Position numbers and translations under genes: made by a program. The notes beneath the pieces are model-generated. The model saw only the letters and a list, made by a program, of their open reading frames with translations, was not told the DNA's origin and searched no databases. A DNA stretch of 64,000 bases from Eledone cirrhosa (lineage: Eukaryota), in NCBI GenBank assembly GCA_964016885.1, contig OZ024753.1, positions 9,176,001 through 9,240,000 of the forward strand. The letters are read 5' to 3'. Positions 1 through 14,502 of this stretch are shown here, in pieces (the first letter of the stretch is position 1; every line of letters starts with the position of its first letter).

Positions 1-3000
1 TCACAGGCTGGACTGAGTACTTCTTATACTGGCACCAACACTACTACGTCACAGGTTGGACTGAGTACTTCTTATACTGGCACCAACACTACTACGTCAC
101 AGGCTGGACTGAGTACTTCATATACTGGCACCAACACTACTACATCACAGATTAGACTGAGTACTTCTTATACTGGCACCAACACTACTTCATCACAGGT
201 TGGACTGAGTACTTCTTATACTGGCACCAACACTACTACATCACAGATTGGACTGAGTACTTCTTATACTGGCACCAACACTACTACGTCACAGGTTGGA
301 CTGAGTACTTCTTATACTGGCACCAACACTACTACGTCACAGGCTGGACTGAGTACTTCTTATACTGGCACCAACACTACAACATCACAGGCTGGACTGA
401 GTACTTCTTATACTGGGACCAACACTACTTCATCACAGATTGGACTGAGTACTTCCTATACTGGCACCAACACTACTACGTCACAGGCTGGACTGAGTAC
501 TTCTTATACTGGCACCAACACTACTTCATCACAGGTTGGACTGAGTACTTCTTATACTGGGAACAACACTACTACGTCACAGGCTGGACTGAGTACTTCT
601 TATACTGGCACCAACACTACTACGTCACAGGTTGGACTGAGTACTTCTTATACTGGCACCAACACTACTACATCACAGGTTGGACTGAGTACTTCCTATA
701 CCGGCACCAACACTACTACATCACAGATTAGACTGAGTACTTCTTATACTGGCACCAACACTACTTCATCACAGGCTGGACTGAGTACTTCTTATACTGG
801 CACCAACACTACTACATCACAGATTGGACTGAGTACTTCTTATACTGGCACCAACACTACTACGTCACAGACTGGACTGAGTACTTCTTATACTGGCACC
901 AACACTACTACGTCACAGGCTGGACTGAGTACTTCTTATACTGGCACCAACACTACTACGTCACAGGCTGGACTGAGTACTTCTTATACTGGGACCAACA
1001 CTACTATGTCACAGGCTGGACTGAGTACTTCTTATACTGGCACCAACACTACTACGTCACAGGCTGGACTGAGTACTTCTTATACTGGCACCAACACTAC
1101 TACGTCACAGGCTGGACTGAGTACTTCTTATACTGGCACCAACACTACTACGTCACAGGCTGGACTGAGTACTTCTTATACTGGCACCAACACTACTACG
1201 TCACAGGCTGGACTGAGAACTTCCTATACTGGCACCAACACTACTACGTCACAGGCTGGACTGAGTACTTCTTATACTGGCACCAACACTACTTCATCAC
1301 AGGCTGGACTGAGTACTTCTTATACTGGCACCAACACTACTACATCACAGGCTGGACTGAGTACTTCCTATACTGGCACCAACACTACTACATCACAGAT
1401 TAGACTGAGTACTTCTTATACTGGCACCAACACTACTACGTCACAGATTGGACTGAGTACTTCTTATACTGGGACCAACACTACTACGTCACAGATTGGA
1501 GTGAGTACTTCTTATACTGGGACCAACACTACTACGTCACAGGCTGGACTGAGTACTTCTTATACTGGCACCAACACTACTACGTCACAGGCTGGACTGA
1601 GTACTTCTTATACTGGCACCAACACTACTACGTCACAGGTTGGACTGAGTACTTCTTATACTGGCACCAACACTACTACGTCACAGGCTGGACTGAGTAC
1701 TTCTTATACTGGCACCAACACTACTACGTCACAGGCTGGACTGAGTACTTCTTATACTGGCACCAACACTACTACGTCACAGGTTGGACTGAGTACTTCT
1801 TATACTGGCACCAACACTACTACGTCACAGGCTGGACTGAGTACTTCTTATACTGGCACCAACACTACTACGTCACAGGCTGGACTGAGTACTTCTTATA
1901 CTGGCACCAACACTACTACGTCACAGGTTGGACTGAGTACTTCTTATACTGGGACCAACACTACTACGTCACAGGCTGGACTGAGTACTTCTTATACTGG
2001 CACCAACACTACTACGTCACAGGCTGGACTGAGTACTTCTTATACTGGCACCAACACTACTACGTCACAGGTTGGACTGAGTACTTCTTATACTGGCACC
2101 AACACTACTACGTCACAGGCTGGACTGAGTACTTCCTATACTGGCACCAACACTACTACATCACAGATTAGACTGAGTACTTCTTATACTGGCACCAACA
2201 CTACTTCATCACAGGTTGGACTGAGTACTTCTTATACTGGCACCAACACTACTACATCACAGATTGGACTGAGTACTTCTTATACTGGCACCAACACTAC
2301 TACGTCACAGGTTGGACTGAGTACTTCTTATACTGGCACCAACACTACTACGTCACAGGCTGGACTGAGTACTTCCTATACTGGCACCAACACTACTACA
2401 TCACAGATTAGACTGAGTACTTCTTATACTGGCACCAACACTACTACATCACAGATTGGACTGAGTACTTCTTATGCTGGCACCAACACTACTACGTCAC
2501 AGGCTGGACTGAGTACTTCTTATACTGGCACCAACACTACTACGTCACAGGCTGGACTGAGTACTTCTTATACTGGCACCAACACTACTTCATCACAGGC
2601 TGGACTGAGTACTTCTTATACTGGCACCAACACTACTACATCACAGACTGGACTGAGTACTTCTTACACTGGGACCAACACTACTTCATCAGAGGCTGGA
2701 CTGAGTACTTCTTATACTGGGACCAACACTACTTCATCAGAGGCTGGACTGAGTACTTCTTATACTGGCACCAACACTACTACGTCACAGGCTGGACTGA
2801 GTACTTCTTATACTGGCACCAACACTACTTCATCACAGGCTGGACTGAGTACTTATACTGGCACCAACACTACTACATCACAGGTTGGACTGAGTACTTC
2901 TTATACTGGCAACAACACTACTTCATCACAGATTGGACTGAGTACTTCTTATACTGGCACCAACACTACTACGTCACAGGCTGGACTGAGTACTTCTTAT

Positions 3001-5121
3001 ACTGGCACCAACACTACTTCATCAGAGGCTGGACTGAGTACTTCTTATACTGGCACCAACACTACTACGTCACAGGCTGGACTGAGTATTTCTTATACTG
3101 GCACCAACACTACTTCATCACAGGCTGGACTGAGTACTTATACTGGCACCAACACTACTACATCACAGGTTGGACTGAGTACTTCTTATACTGGCACCAA
3201 CACTACTACGTCACAGGCTGGACTGAGTACTTCTTATACTGGCACCAACACTACTACGTCACAGGCTGGACTGAGTACTTCTTATACTGGCACCAACACT
3301 ACTACGTCACAGGTTGGACTGAGTACTTCTTATACTGGCACCAACACTACTACATCACAGGTTGGACTGAGTACTTCTTATACTGGCAACAACACTACTT
3401 CATCACAGATTGGACTGAGTACTTCTTATACTGGCAACAACACTACTTCATCACAGATTGGACTGAGTACTTCTTATACTGGCACCAACACTACTTCATC
3501 AGAGGCTGGACTGAGTACTTCTTATACTGGCACCAACACTACTACGTCACAGGCTGGACTGAGTATTTCTTATACTGGCACCAACACTACTTCATCACAG
3601 GCTGGACTGAGTACTTATACTGGCACCAACACTACTACATCACAGGTGGGACTGAGTACTTCTTATACTGGCACCAACACTACTACGTCACAGGCTGGAC
3701 TGAGTACTTCTTATACTGGCACTAACAGTACTTCATCACAGGCTGGACTGAGTACTTATACTGGCACCAACACTACTACATCACAGGTTGGACTGAGTAC
3801 TTCTTATACTGGCAACAACACTACTTCATCACAGATTGGACTGAGTACTTCTTATACTGGCACCAACACTACTACATCACAGGTTGGACTGAGTACTTCT
3901 TATACTGGCACCAACACTACTACGTCACAGGCTGGACTGAGTACTTCTTATACTGGCACCAACACTACTACGTCACAGGCTGGACCGAGTACTTCTTATA
4001 CTGGCACCAACACTACTACGTCACAGGCTGGACTGAGTACTTCTTATACTGGCACCAACACTACTACGTCAGAGGCTGGACTGAGTACTTCCTATACTGG
4101 CACCAACACTACTACGTCACAGGCTGGACTGAGTACTTCTTATACTGGCACCAACACTACTTCATCACAGATTGGACTGAGTACTTCTTATACTGGCACC
4201 AACACTACTACGTCACAGGCTGGACTGAGTACTTCTTATACTGGCACCAACACTACTACATCACAGGTTGGACTGAGTACTTCTTATACTGGCACCAACA
4301 CTACTACGTCACAGGCTGGACTCAGTACTTCTTATACTGGCACCAACACTACTATGTCACAGGCTGGACTGAGTACTTCTTATACTGGCACCAACACTAC
4401 TTCATCACAGATTGGACTGAGTAATTCTTATACTGGCACCAACACTACTACATCACAGGCTGGACTGAGTACTTCCTATACTGGCACCAACACTACTACA
4501 TCACAGGTTGGACTGAGTACTTCTTATACTAGCACCAACACTACTACGTCACAGGCTGGACTGAGTACTTCTTATACTGGCACCAACACTACTACATCAC
4601 AGGCTGGACTGAGTACTTCCTATACTGGCACCAACACTACTACGTCACAGGCTGGACTGAGTACTTCTTATACTGGCACCAACACTACTACGTCACAGGC
4701 TGGACTGAGTACTTCTTATACTGGCACCAACGCTACTACATCACAGGCTGGACTGAGTACTTCTTATACTGGCACCAACACTACTACATCACAGGCTGGA
4801 CTGAGCACTTCTTATACTGGCACCAACACTACTACGTCACAGGCTGGACTGAGTACTTCTTATACTGGCACCAACACTACTACATCACAGGCTGGACTGA
4901 GTACTTCTTATACTGGCACCAACACTACTACATCACAGGCTGGACTGAGTACGTCTTATACTGGCACCAACACTACTACGTCACAGGCTGGACTGAGTAC
5001 TTCTTATACTGGCACCAACACTACTACGTCACAGGTTGGACTGAGTACTTCTTATACTGGCACCAACACTACTACATCACAGGTTGGACTGAGTACTTCC
5101 TATACTGGCACCAACACTACA
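1..5121. repeat. 48-bp minisatellite, about 107 units, runs off the left edge; frame +1 open throughout (16-aa SQAGLSTSYTGTNTTT repeat)
   Basis: Consensus TCACAGGCTGGACTGAGTACTTCTTATACTGGCACCAACACTACTACG; a few units lack 3 bp (TCT). Reverse complement matches the sub-repeat at 46221-46267 at 34/47 positions ungapped. Confidence 0.98.
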
Positions 5122-5163
5122 TTTTCATTGGTTTTAGTCACTGTAATCTGACCATGTATATTG

Positions 5164-5480
5164 AAGGTGCATGGCGGACTTATAATTATGAGATTGTGAA
5201 TTCAATTCCCAGACTGAGCGACGTTTTGTGTCCTTAAGCAAGACACTTTATTTCATGCTTCAGTTCATGCAGCTATAGAAATGCCATGTCACTGGTACCA
5301 ATCCATATCAGCCATTGCCTTTACCTTGGACAACATTGCTGACATGGAGACGGGGAGACAGATATGCATGGGTGACTGCTGGTCGTCGACAAACAACATT
5401 ACCTGGACATGTGCCTTAGAGAAGAACTTTCTAGGTGCCAATCCCGTGGTCATTTGTGACCGAAGGGGATCTTTACCCTG
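5164..5480 (+). mobile_element. Diverged tRNA-derived SINE, family B head with a different 3' region
   Basis: GAAGGTGCATGG head, GAATTCAATTCC B-box-like motif, TGTGTCCTTAAGCAAGACACTTTATTTCA core shared with other copies. Confidence 0.75.
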
Positions 5481-6504
5481 TACTGTGGCTGTATTTTGAG
5501 GCACTGCCTTCAAGGGTTTTAACCAATATTATTGAGCCCAGTTCTTATTTCTGTCTATTTAATTGATCTCTATTTATTGAACTGCTAATTTGAGTCTTAT
5601 ATTAAGATCCAACACTTAAAAACAAATATTCTCAACCAGCTATTTCCTTGGCAATAGAACAAAAACAAAACATGAAAATGTTTTTTTTCATAAGGAATGA
5701 AATTGGAAAGATGAGAAATAGATTGCTATGGGCACCATATTGATAAAATTAGGATGAAAGTAGCAGAGGATATAATAAAGCACATATAGGAAATTCATGA
5801 TTAAATATATTGCATTTTATCCTTTATTTATTTTATGTATATCAGGATGTTAAACATCTAATTACATAAACCCTTTAACTACAGAATACCAAATCATTTC
5901 TGCTTGAATGAGTTCTTGATAGGAGCTGCTACTGCTGCTGCTGATAATGCTGCTACTACTGCTGCTGATACTACTTAATTTGATTCTTTCTCTTGCAAAA
6001 CAGTTCGTAAATAAATAGATTTTAAGTATTTTTTTCTTCATCCATTAATTAAAATGATGGATTTTCTATTAAACTTTGTTTAGGGAAAACAGTAATATTT
6101 AAGCCTGTTTTGTTTGTTTGATGTTTTTTTTTTATTATAAAATTTAAAGAATTTTTGAAAAATGTCAAAAAAAAATTATTTATTTTGAATTACCACGATC
6201 AAATTCAAAAGAATCCTATGTTGATTGAGAGGTTAAATGAATTAAGTATTCCTAAAAAAAATAACTTATTCCTAGCTTGTCAAAGACTTCCATTGATTTG
6301 AAGTAAATTAGCACATTATAGGTGTGCCTACCTTTTCGCTTTTTAAATCTATAATTAATGTTACATGTGAAATATATTAAAACCATTTCCATGTAAAACA
6401 AGTTGCAGTTTCTTCAAGTGTTTACATATATTCTTATTAATAGAGTGTCGTGAAATTGGAAGTATCCATTAATAGGAATCAACAATCATTTCCTTAAAGT
6501 AAAT

Positions 6505-7850
6505 TTGTGAAGACAAACAAACACAGATGTGCTGGCCACATCTGGAGACTCAGTGACAACAGATGTGCTGGTCACATCTGGAGACTCAGTGACAATAGAT
6601 GTGCTGGCCACATCTCGCAACTCAGTGACAACAGATGGGCTGGCCACATCTGGAGACTCAGTGACAAAAGATGTGCTGGCCACAACTTACAACTCGGTGA
6701 CAACAGATGTGTTGGTCACATCTGGAGACTCAGTGACAACAGATGAGCTGGTCACATATCACAACTCAGTGACAATAGATGTGCTGGCCACATCTCACGA
6801 CTCAGTCACAACAGATGGGCTGGCCACATCTCACGACTCAGTCACAACAGATGGGCTGGCCACATCTCACGACTCAGTCACAACAGATGGGCTGGCCACA
6901 TCTCATGACTCAGTCACAACAGATGGGCTGGCCACATCTCACGACTCAGTCACAACAGATGGGCTGGCCACATCTCACGACTCAGTGACAACAGATGTGC
7001 TGGCCACATCTCACGACTCAGTCACAACAGATGGGCTGGCCACATCTCATGACTCAGTCACAACAGATGGGCTGGCCACATCTCACGACTCAGTCACAAC
7101 AGATGGGCTGGCCACATCTCACGACTCAGTGACAACAGATGTGCTGGCCACATCTCACGACTCAGTCACAACAGATGGGCTGGCCACATCTCATGACTCA
7201 GTCACAACAGATGGGCTGGCCACATCTGGAGACTCAGTCATAACAGATGGGCTGGCCACATCTCACGACTCAGTGACAACAGATGGGCTGGCCACATCAG
7301 GAGACTCAGTGACAACAGATGTGCTGGCCACATCTCATGACTCAGTCACAACAGATGGGCTGGCCACATCTCATGACTTAGTCACAACAGATGGGCTGGC
7401 CACATCTGGAGACTCAGTCATAACAGATGGGCTGGCCACATCTCACAACTCAGTGACTACAGATGGGCTGGCCACATCTCACGACTCAGTGACTACAGAT
7501 GGGCTGGCCACATCTCACAACTCAGTGACTACAGATGGGCTGGCCACATCTCACAACTCAGTGACTACAGATGGGCTGGCCACATCTCACAACTCAGTGA
7601 CTACAGATGGGCTGGCCACATCTCACGACTCAGTGACAACAGATGGGCTGGCCACATCTCACGACTCAGTGACTACAGGTGGATGATAAGAGTGACAGAG
7701 AGGACACCAAGAAAATGGACATGATCAAAAGGATGTCCAAGGACGAGGTGGCAAGATGACCTTACCAACCACCAGGGACCCTCATGGCCAAGACTGGCAA
7801 AGAACAGAAGTCAATGGAAGGAGTTCAGAGAGAGGTTCCTCTTCTGTGAG
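6505..7850 (+). mobile_element. RTE-clade LINE 3' fragment with internal 36-bp tandem expansion
   Basis: One frame reads VKTNKH-(RWAGHISRLSDN)n-RWMIRVTERTPRKWT*SKGCPRTRWQDDLTNHQGPSWPRLAKNRSQWKEFRERF, matching the RTE ORF C-terminal pattern WAGHIxRxxDxRW..RPxTRWxDD..A.DR..W. Confidence 0.85.
6523..7683 (+). repeat. 36-bp minisatellite, 32 units
   Basis: Unit ACAGATGGGCTGGCCACATCTCACGACTCAGTGACA; source of the 385-aa TTDGLATSHDSV ORF. Confidence 0.97.
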
Positions 7851-8460
7851 TGATTTCAAGATCCTGGGTCAAGAAGATCAAGTAAATTTGGTAAATTTCT
7901 ATATCCATAGACTACAACTGAAGAGTTGCACAATAACCCAGTTAAAAAAAAAGTAATAATTTCCACAAAGTTTTCTAAGTAGTTTATTGTTACATGTAAC
8001 TGTTAGTGTGGGTTGTTTAAGATAAAAAGTAAGTTTAACTTGTAGCGACCCCTAGGGTAAAAAAAAGAGAATTAATTAGAGTTACTTCCCGTAGGCATAA
8101 TAAATAGACGAGACTTGTGTTTCTCACTCTCTTATTCACTGCCGGCCTCATTCTGACGAGCAGCTCTCTATACTCTTGCGACTACTTCGGAATTGAACAC
8201 TATATGTACAGAGCATATCACCTCTATCTTGCATGCCCGGATATCTATATCTTCTTTCTTATTGAATTAATGGTTGGTTACCAGCGGTATCTTCCGGAGA
8301 AGATTAAACCAATAAACCAATACACTAAAAACTCATCAGGGAGATCATAAGGGTTTTCACCCTGTTTTATAAGCTATTTTATAGCATGTGCATGAGCACA
8401 GTACCATTTATATAAATATATATATACTAGCAAGGAAAGTGGATGCTAAATGATGATAAT

Positions 8461-8502
<42 letters not shown>

Positions 8503-8676
8503 GTTGCTGTGCTGATAAGCGTTTTGGCATTGATACACTGGTTGGATGCCCTTTCTAAACCCAGTGCCACTTTACAGCATGGACTGGGTGCTTTTATTTG
8601 TGCCGCCAGCACTAGAGAGGATGTCTTACTAGATTCAAGGGCCCTCTCTACCCCTCCATTTTACAGCATGGTCATA

Positions 8677-8730
<54 letters not shown>

Positions 8731-9039
8731 TGTAAATCGAAATTTAGCTGCAGTACAGCAAGTAGTATTCAATTAATTTGAGGCAATCACAAAGCACTCA
8801 ATGGATCAGAAGTTCAAAATAAACATTAAGTCTAGAGTTAAACACCGTAGTTATAAAGTGTGACATCAAGAGAACTGACCGAAGGCACAAACTATACATA
8901 CAACAAAATACGATAGATACAAAAAGGCTTTTCATACCTAGACCTGATTAAAATTGATATAATCAATAAAATCTCTGATAGGTTTCTGGAACTCGAGGAA
9001 GTTATATAACAAGTTATGTAATACACAAGTAATACATAT

Positions 9040-9359
9040 AATTGTTTCTTTGGACAAGGCCAGCAATTACTCAGTACATTACTGGTACTTTATTTTCTCG
9101 ACCCCGTAAGGATGAAAGGCAAAGTAAACCTCGGCGGGATTTGAACTCAGACCGTAAAGGGACGTAACTATGCTGGAAAGCATGGCGTCCGACTCTCTAC
9201 CGATACTGCCAATCCACCACCCTTCCAATACATATACATATAATTGTTTCTACTTTTGGCACAAAGCCAGCAATTATCCCAGTGTATTACTGGTACTTTA
9301 TTTTATCGACCCCATAAGGATGAAAGGCAAAGTTAACCTCGGCGGGATTTGAACTCAGA
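9040..9359 (-). mobile_element. Two adjacent family A SINEs (tRNA head plus Nin/Deu-like core), the second 5'-truncated
   Basis: Minus strand: TGGCAGTATCGG A box, GAGTTCAAATCC B box, GCCGAGGTTAACTTTGCCTTTCATCCTTACGGGGTCGATAAAATAAAGTACCAG core; AATACATATACATATAAT repeated around the second copy. Confidence 0.9.
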
Positions 9360-9529
9360 ATACATATACATATAATACATTCCACACAGGTGGCAAATTG
9401 ACAGAGTCGTTAGAACATTGGATAGAATGCTTTGTAGATAATACATGTGTAGACAACGAAACCAGTCTACCATCCAAAGATCTCACAACACAAACCCAAA
9501 GATCTGGAGATGGTGTTAAACTAGACAAC

Positions 9530-10165
9530 AGATCTCCTCCTCTGCTGGCCTCAGCCGAAATCGACTCAACAATTGATCTCCACATGCGTCTGTCGTTCAT
9601 TGCCATTGCCAAATCCTGGATATTTCAATACCAGAATCTCTGGAGATGACATCGGGATAGGAGAGCTTGCACCCCCTGTTATTAGTGACTGCTTGTGGTT
9701 TCCAAAGCACTAACGGGGACACAACCTCATAGGTGGCACGATGGCAGTGGCCAGCAAATCGGGATAGGAGAGCTTGTGCCCCCTGTTATTAGTGACTGCT
9801 TGTGGTTTCCAAAGCACTAACGGGGACACAACCTCATAGGTGGCACGATGGCAGTGGCCAGCAAATCGGGATAGGAGAGCTTGTGTCCCCTGTTATTACT
9901 GACTGCTTGTGGTTTCCAAAGCACTAACGGGGACACAACCTCATAGGTGGCACGATGGCAGTGGCCAGCAAATCGGGATAGGAGAGCTTGTGTCCCCTGT
10001 TATTAGTGACTGCTTGTGGTTTCCAAAGCACTAACGGGGACACAGCCTCATCGGTGGCACGATGGCAGTGGCCAGCAAATCTTACTCTCCTTTTACGTAC
10101 AACAACAGATATGCGTGGGAGGTCGGCACTTGTATCCAGCTATTGAAAAAATGGACTATTCATTG
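9530..10165 (-). mobile_element. RTE/RTEX-clade LINE 3' fragment with internal 107-bp tandem expansion
   Basis: Minus strand reads DLPRISVVVRKRRVR-FAGHCHRATYEVVSPLVLWKPQAVTNNRGHKLSYPD-VISRDSG..(frameshift)QDLAMAMNDRRMWRSIV. Confidence 0.85.
9651..10081. repeat. 107-bp tandem repeat, 4 units
   Basis: ATC junction recurs at 9651, 9758, 9865, 9972 and 10079. Confidence 0.97.
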
Positions 10166-11163
10166 ATTTGAACCAGAGTTCAAGCCCCTGCCTGAGCTGA
10201 TTTTCCTGAAACTCACACCTCAAGCTCTGAGACTAATGACAGATCAGACTTCAACCTGGACTCATCTAGGGAGACTTCCCGATAGAGCAGAAGGCAGATC
10301 AAAACCTCTCCTAAAGAGTAAACAACAGATTTAGTCTACCATCCAAAGAACGCATAACACAAAAAAATGGCACAAATACTTCAAGACATTTCATCTGACA
10401 TTCTAACAACTCTACCACTCCACTATCCTAGAATGGTTCTTTATTTTATTCATATTGAAAGTTGTGATTCAAATTTAGAATGTAGAGAACCAGAACAAAT
10501 AGGGAAAGAGATTTTCTTCTCAACTCTAATAACTCTGTCAATTTGTTGACTATAGAATTTGTTAGATTATCACCAAAGTAACAGAATTTTTTTCAACACA
10601 CTGACATGTATGTGTATATGTGTGTGTATGTGTGTGTATGTGTGTTTGTACATATACAAACATTTATATGTATGAGGATATAAATATAATATAAACGTGC
10701 AAACACAGACACAATTACAAAATACACACTCACAGGCATACATTCACACAAATACACACACATACATTCACACAAACACACACACATTTACATTCACACA
10801 AACACACACATACATACATTCACACAAACACACACATACATTCGCACAAACATATACTCACACACAGCGTAGCAAATGGAACACCAGCTGCTGTTTTGCT
10901 TTAGTTTTTTTCAGCATTCCCTTCATTCCTTTTACACACACATATATTCTCACAAACACGCATACAATGCGAGACGGACGGAAGTCGCTCAAATGTATAT
11001 ATAGATTCATTTATATTGAAACAGGTTTTGATACCTGTTTAATAATTACTGGTGGGAAGCTTAGTTTATTTAATTTCTAAAATATATATAATTTTACTAT
11101 GAAATTGATTTCATAGATATTTTTAAAAACTGGAATTAAGAAGAAAGCAGAATTGAAAATATC

Positions 11164-11312
11164 TTTGCGCCCTAGGCCCAGAACCCAATCATCCTCTCCC
11201 TTCTGTGACCCAAGAGCTCTTACCATTCCCTCCCCTTACCCTTTTTTCTTTCTTTTTCTCTTTTTTCTCTATATTTTTTTCTCTACATGATATATTCCAT
11301 AAATAAAATAAT
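11164..11312 (+). mobile_element. 3' UTR remnant of the CRE-like LINE family
   Basis: GCGCCCTAGGCCCAGAACCCAATC..CTGTGAC..CCATTCCC and ACATGATATATTCCATAAATAAA match 46667-46860 and 40430-40500. Confidence 0.6.
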
Positions 11313-12822
11313 TTAAAAATGGAATTAAAATCCAAAATAAGGTATCATTTATCCCTTAAAAAATAACTTATTGAAATTTAAACCAGTTCATAAATGTTTT
11401 TTTTTGCTTTTTTTAAATTAAATGGATTTGAATTTCACAACTTTAATTCAATTTTGGTTTATAAAAATGTAGTTTTATCAGATCCGAATTTTAAGCTAAA
11501 TTTTAAAAAAAATTGAATTGGAAATTCTATCTGTGAATTAATTTTAATTCTAATTAAAACAGATAATTGAATCAAATTAATTAACAAAATAATCTTACAT
11601 TTCACCCCTAAAAAGGCATAGAAGCCACAGAACTTTATTATTTTTACCTAATATTTGTATCAACTTATCGCAGTAATAAAGAATATGTTCAATCATATGT
11701 GATTATTATTGATGATATTTGCCTGGTTTGCATCTAAAATATGATTTAATTGTGTTTCGTATCAGGGGTCTTTGTCACGTTTCACTAACAATTGTTTCGT
11801 TTTATTTTTTTAACACTCCACAGGAAACTGCTGCTAACATTATCGCCATCAGAATAATTCCAAAAGAAAAATAAATGCCATTATGTGAAACAGTTGAAAT
11901 CAGTTTGAATAAACCGGGCTGATAAGACCAAGGTCAATCGCATGATGCAACAAAAGCCTATTTTAAATGATTACAGAGTTCAATAGGGTTCTTTTGCAAG
12001 AATAAATAAAATGTAAAAAAACAAAAAAAAAAACAAAGAGAAAAAAATTAATTCTGTAGAAATTATTGAAATTGAGTCCATTCAGTATTTAATGAAATTC
12101 AGAAATTCAAGAAGTGTTGCAAAAGCTTCCATTTTATGTTGACAGAAAACTATAATCCCCATGCACATTGTCATGAAGAAGCTAAATATTTTAAAAGAAT
12201 ATCAAAACACCCATTTCCAATCATTTGGTGTTAAAAGGTTAACAAAATGAATTTAATTCTATTTTCTAAATGTTAGCTGCTTCTTTAGAAATTTAGCTTA
12301 TGAGAAAATTTGAGATTTGTAATTTGTTTTCTCACAAGAATTTGTTTTCTTTTCTTTTCATGTTAAGAATGTGCTGGGTAGTTCTGTAAAACAAATTTAG
12401 AAGTAGTAATTTATATTGTTAGATGAAAATATTTCTGAAAGGGGATCCCCCTTTTTAACCCCTTTGTGGCAATCTTTGTAATGTTTATGTGTTTCAATTA
12501 ATTTTGAAAATAACCACAAATTGGGAGGAATTTAGTATAAGCAATCTCGGGATTATTAAACTGGTGTTTCAAATGTAATTAACTAAAAAGAGTTTGATTT
12601 TTATTTTAATTGAAATTGCTTTAAAGTGGGCAGTTTTGAACCATAGAACAAAAGGCAGTTTCGTACAGGCTGGTATCAAGAAAGTAAAATATAAACAGCT
12701 TACTTCATAAATGAGACTGACAATTATTTTATCAACAGAGACTAAAGAAAACAGGATAATATGCCTAACAGTACAGTATAGTTGGCTGTAGCAGAAATTA
12801 AACATGTCAATTATAGTGAGTA

Positions 12823-13350
12823 CAGTGTTGGACTAAATAAACTAGAACATAGAGTCACACACACTCAGGGGCCTCATTTTGTCAAATATATTTTCAGTTT
12901 ATCATTAGTTTTTATTCTTTAACACTAAATCATAAAAAAATTATGTGGTCAAGAAAAAACAATTTAACCGAATAACAAATGTTTTGATGATTCAACACAG
13001 AGAAAGCGAGCTTTGCTAAACATCAATTTTCTTCTTCTTCATTGCTCACTTATTCCTGAGAGAGTCGTAGGGATGGAGTCCTCAAACACTCCTTCCAGTG
13101 GGTCCTGTCAGAAGCAACCATCTCCAACTGGATCCCCAAGCAAGACCAACCAAGCTCATGGACGTTATCCAACCATCTTGCTTCAGGTCTATCCCTGGGT
13201 CTCCTGCTGATTGGTTTTGCCCATAAATTCATTCCTGAGACATTCCAACCATATTATTTATTAATATGAAATATAATAATTATATTCTTTTCGACAAGGG
13301 CCTCAAATTTCATATGGTTTTGGGCCTCAGAAGTTAAAAGTCCAGCACTG
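12823..13350. mobile_element. hAT-like MITE containing an RTE fragment
   Basis: TIRs CAGTGTTGGACT / AGTCCAGCACTG; 8-bp TSD AGTGAGTA / AGTGAGCA. Confidence 0.75.
13028..13250 (-). mobile_element. RTE-clade LINE 3' end
   Basis: RRPRDRPEARWLDNV..VASDRTHWKECL followed by a (GAA)n tail. Confidence 0.75.
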
Positions 13351-13606
13351 AGTGAGCAACATAGTTCTCTCTCTCTCTCTCACTGCACACACACCACACA
13401 CAAACTCACTTATATATGCATGCACATATACATGCACACAAACACATACACAAACATATATGAAACTGGATTTCTGTTGATATGGAATATGAGAAAACTA
13501 ATAAGAGGAAATGATGTCTTCTCAGAAAGCCTACACACAACACCCACACAAGAATCACCAATCTTTATCCTCCTCCTTTCCCCCACCTATCTCTCTCTTT
13601 CTCTCT

Positions 13607-13673
<67 letters not shown>

Positions 13674-13725
13674 TACACGCCCATCTAAGAATATTGAAGA
13701 ATCACCAATCTTCATCCCCCCTTTG

Positions 13726-13820
<95 letters not shown>

Positions 13821-14312
13821 AACTGAGAGTTACCCAATCAAAGTTCTCCAAAGCAGACACGTGCACACACAAATACTCTCACACACACATACACACACAC
13901 GTGCACAAAAACATACACACACACGCGCACACACACACACACACACACTCTCTAAGAATATTGAGATTGATTAAATATCTAATGTAAGTTACTAATAAAC
14001 CAGCGTTAGATTCTTCTTAATAAACATTTCTACATTTTTTGTTTTGTTGTTTTTATCTTATTTTCTTTATTTAATTTGCCGACATGTCAACAAGAAAGTT
14101 CCTTCCTCATCCCTCCACTCTAAAATCGTTCCAAGTTCACCAACTACAACTTTAGATTGAAAGGTGTTAAAAGTAATGTGTAGAATGAAAGACCTACGAG
14201 AAGGAGGGTGAAATAAAAACATCAAACATCGGCCAAAAGACTCCAAGATCAGACAAAAACTAATCCAGAAAGTTGAAGGTAAAATATTATTATTTGCAAT
14301 CACCTTCTTAAT

Positions 14313-14502
14313 TAATTGTTTCTACTTTAGGCACAAGGCCAGCAATTACCCAGTACATTACTGGTACTTTATTTTTTATCAACCCCATAAGGATGAAAGG
14401 CAAAGTTAACCTCGGCGTGTTTTGAACTCAGACTGTAAAGGGACGTAACTATGCTAGAAAGCATGGCGTCCAACCCTCTACCGATACTGCCAATTCACCG
14501 CC
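14313..14502 (-). mobile_element. Family A SINE
   Basis: Full consensus; TCACCTTCTTAATTAAT direct repeat on both sides (TSD-like). Confidence 0.9.

Noticed and set aside
1006-5151. Ice-nucleation or antifreeze protein (16-aa period, TxT motifs)
   Set aside because: Lacks the AGYGSTxTA consensus of bacterial INPs, has no non-repetitive domains, and the DNA unit resembles an antisense SINE sub-repeat. Kept only as a speculative finding.
6529-7686. 385-aa mucin-like CDS (TTDGLATSHDSV)n
   Set aside because: Alternate-frame reading of an RTE-derived 36-bp array; the flanks continue the RTE protein in another frame.
8148-8195. Further hammerhead-like fragments (CTGACGAGCA..TGCGACTAC here; also near 35060, 40063, 61049 and 62752)
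   Set aside because: Each lacks one catalytic box or stem II; possibly decayed Penelope termini but not supportable as ribozymes.
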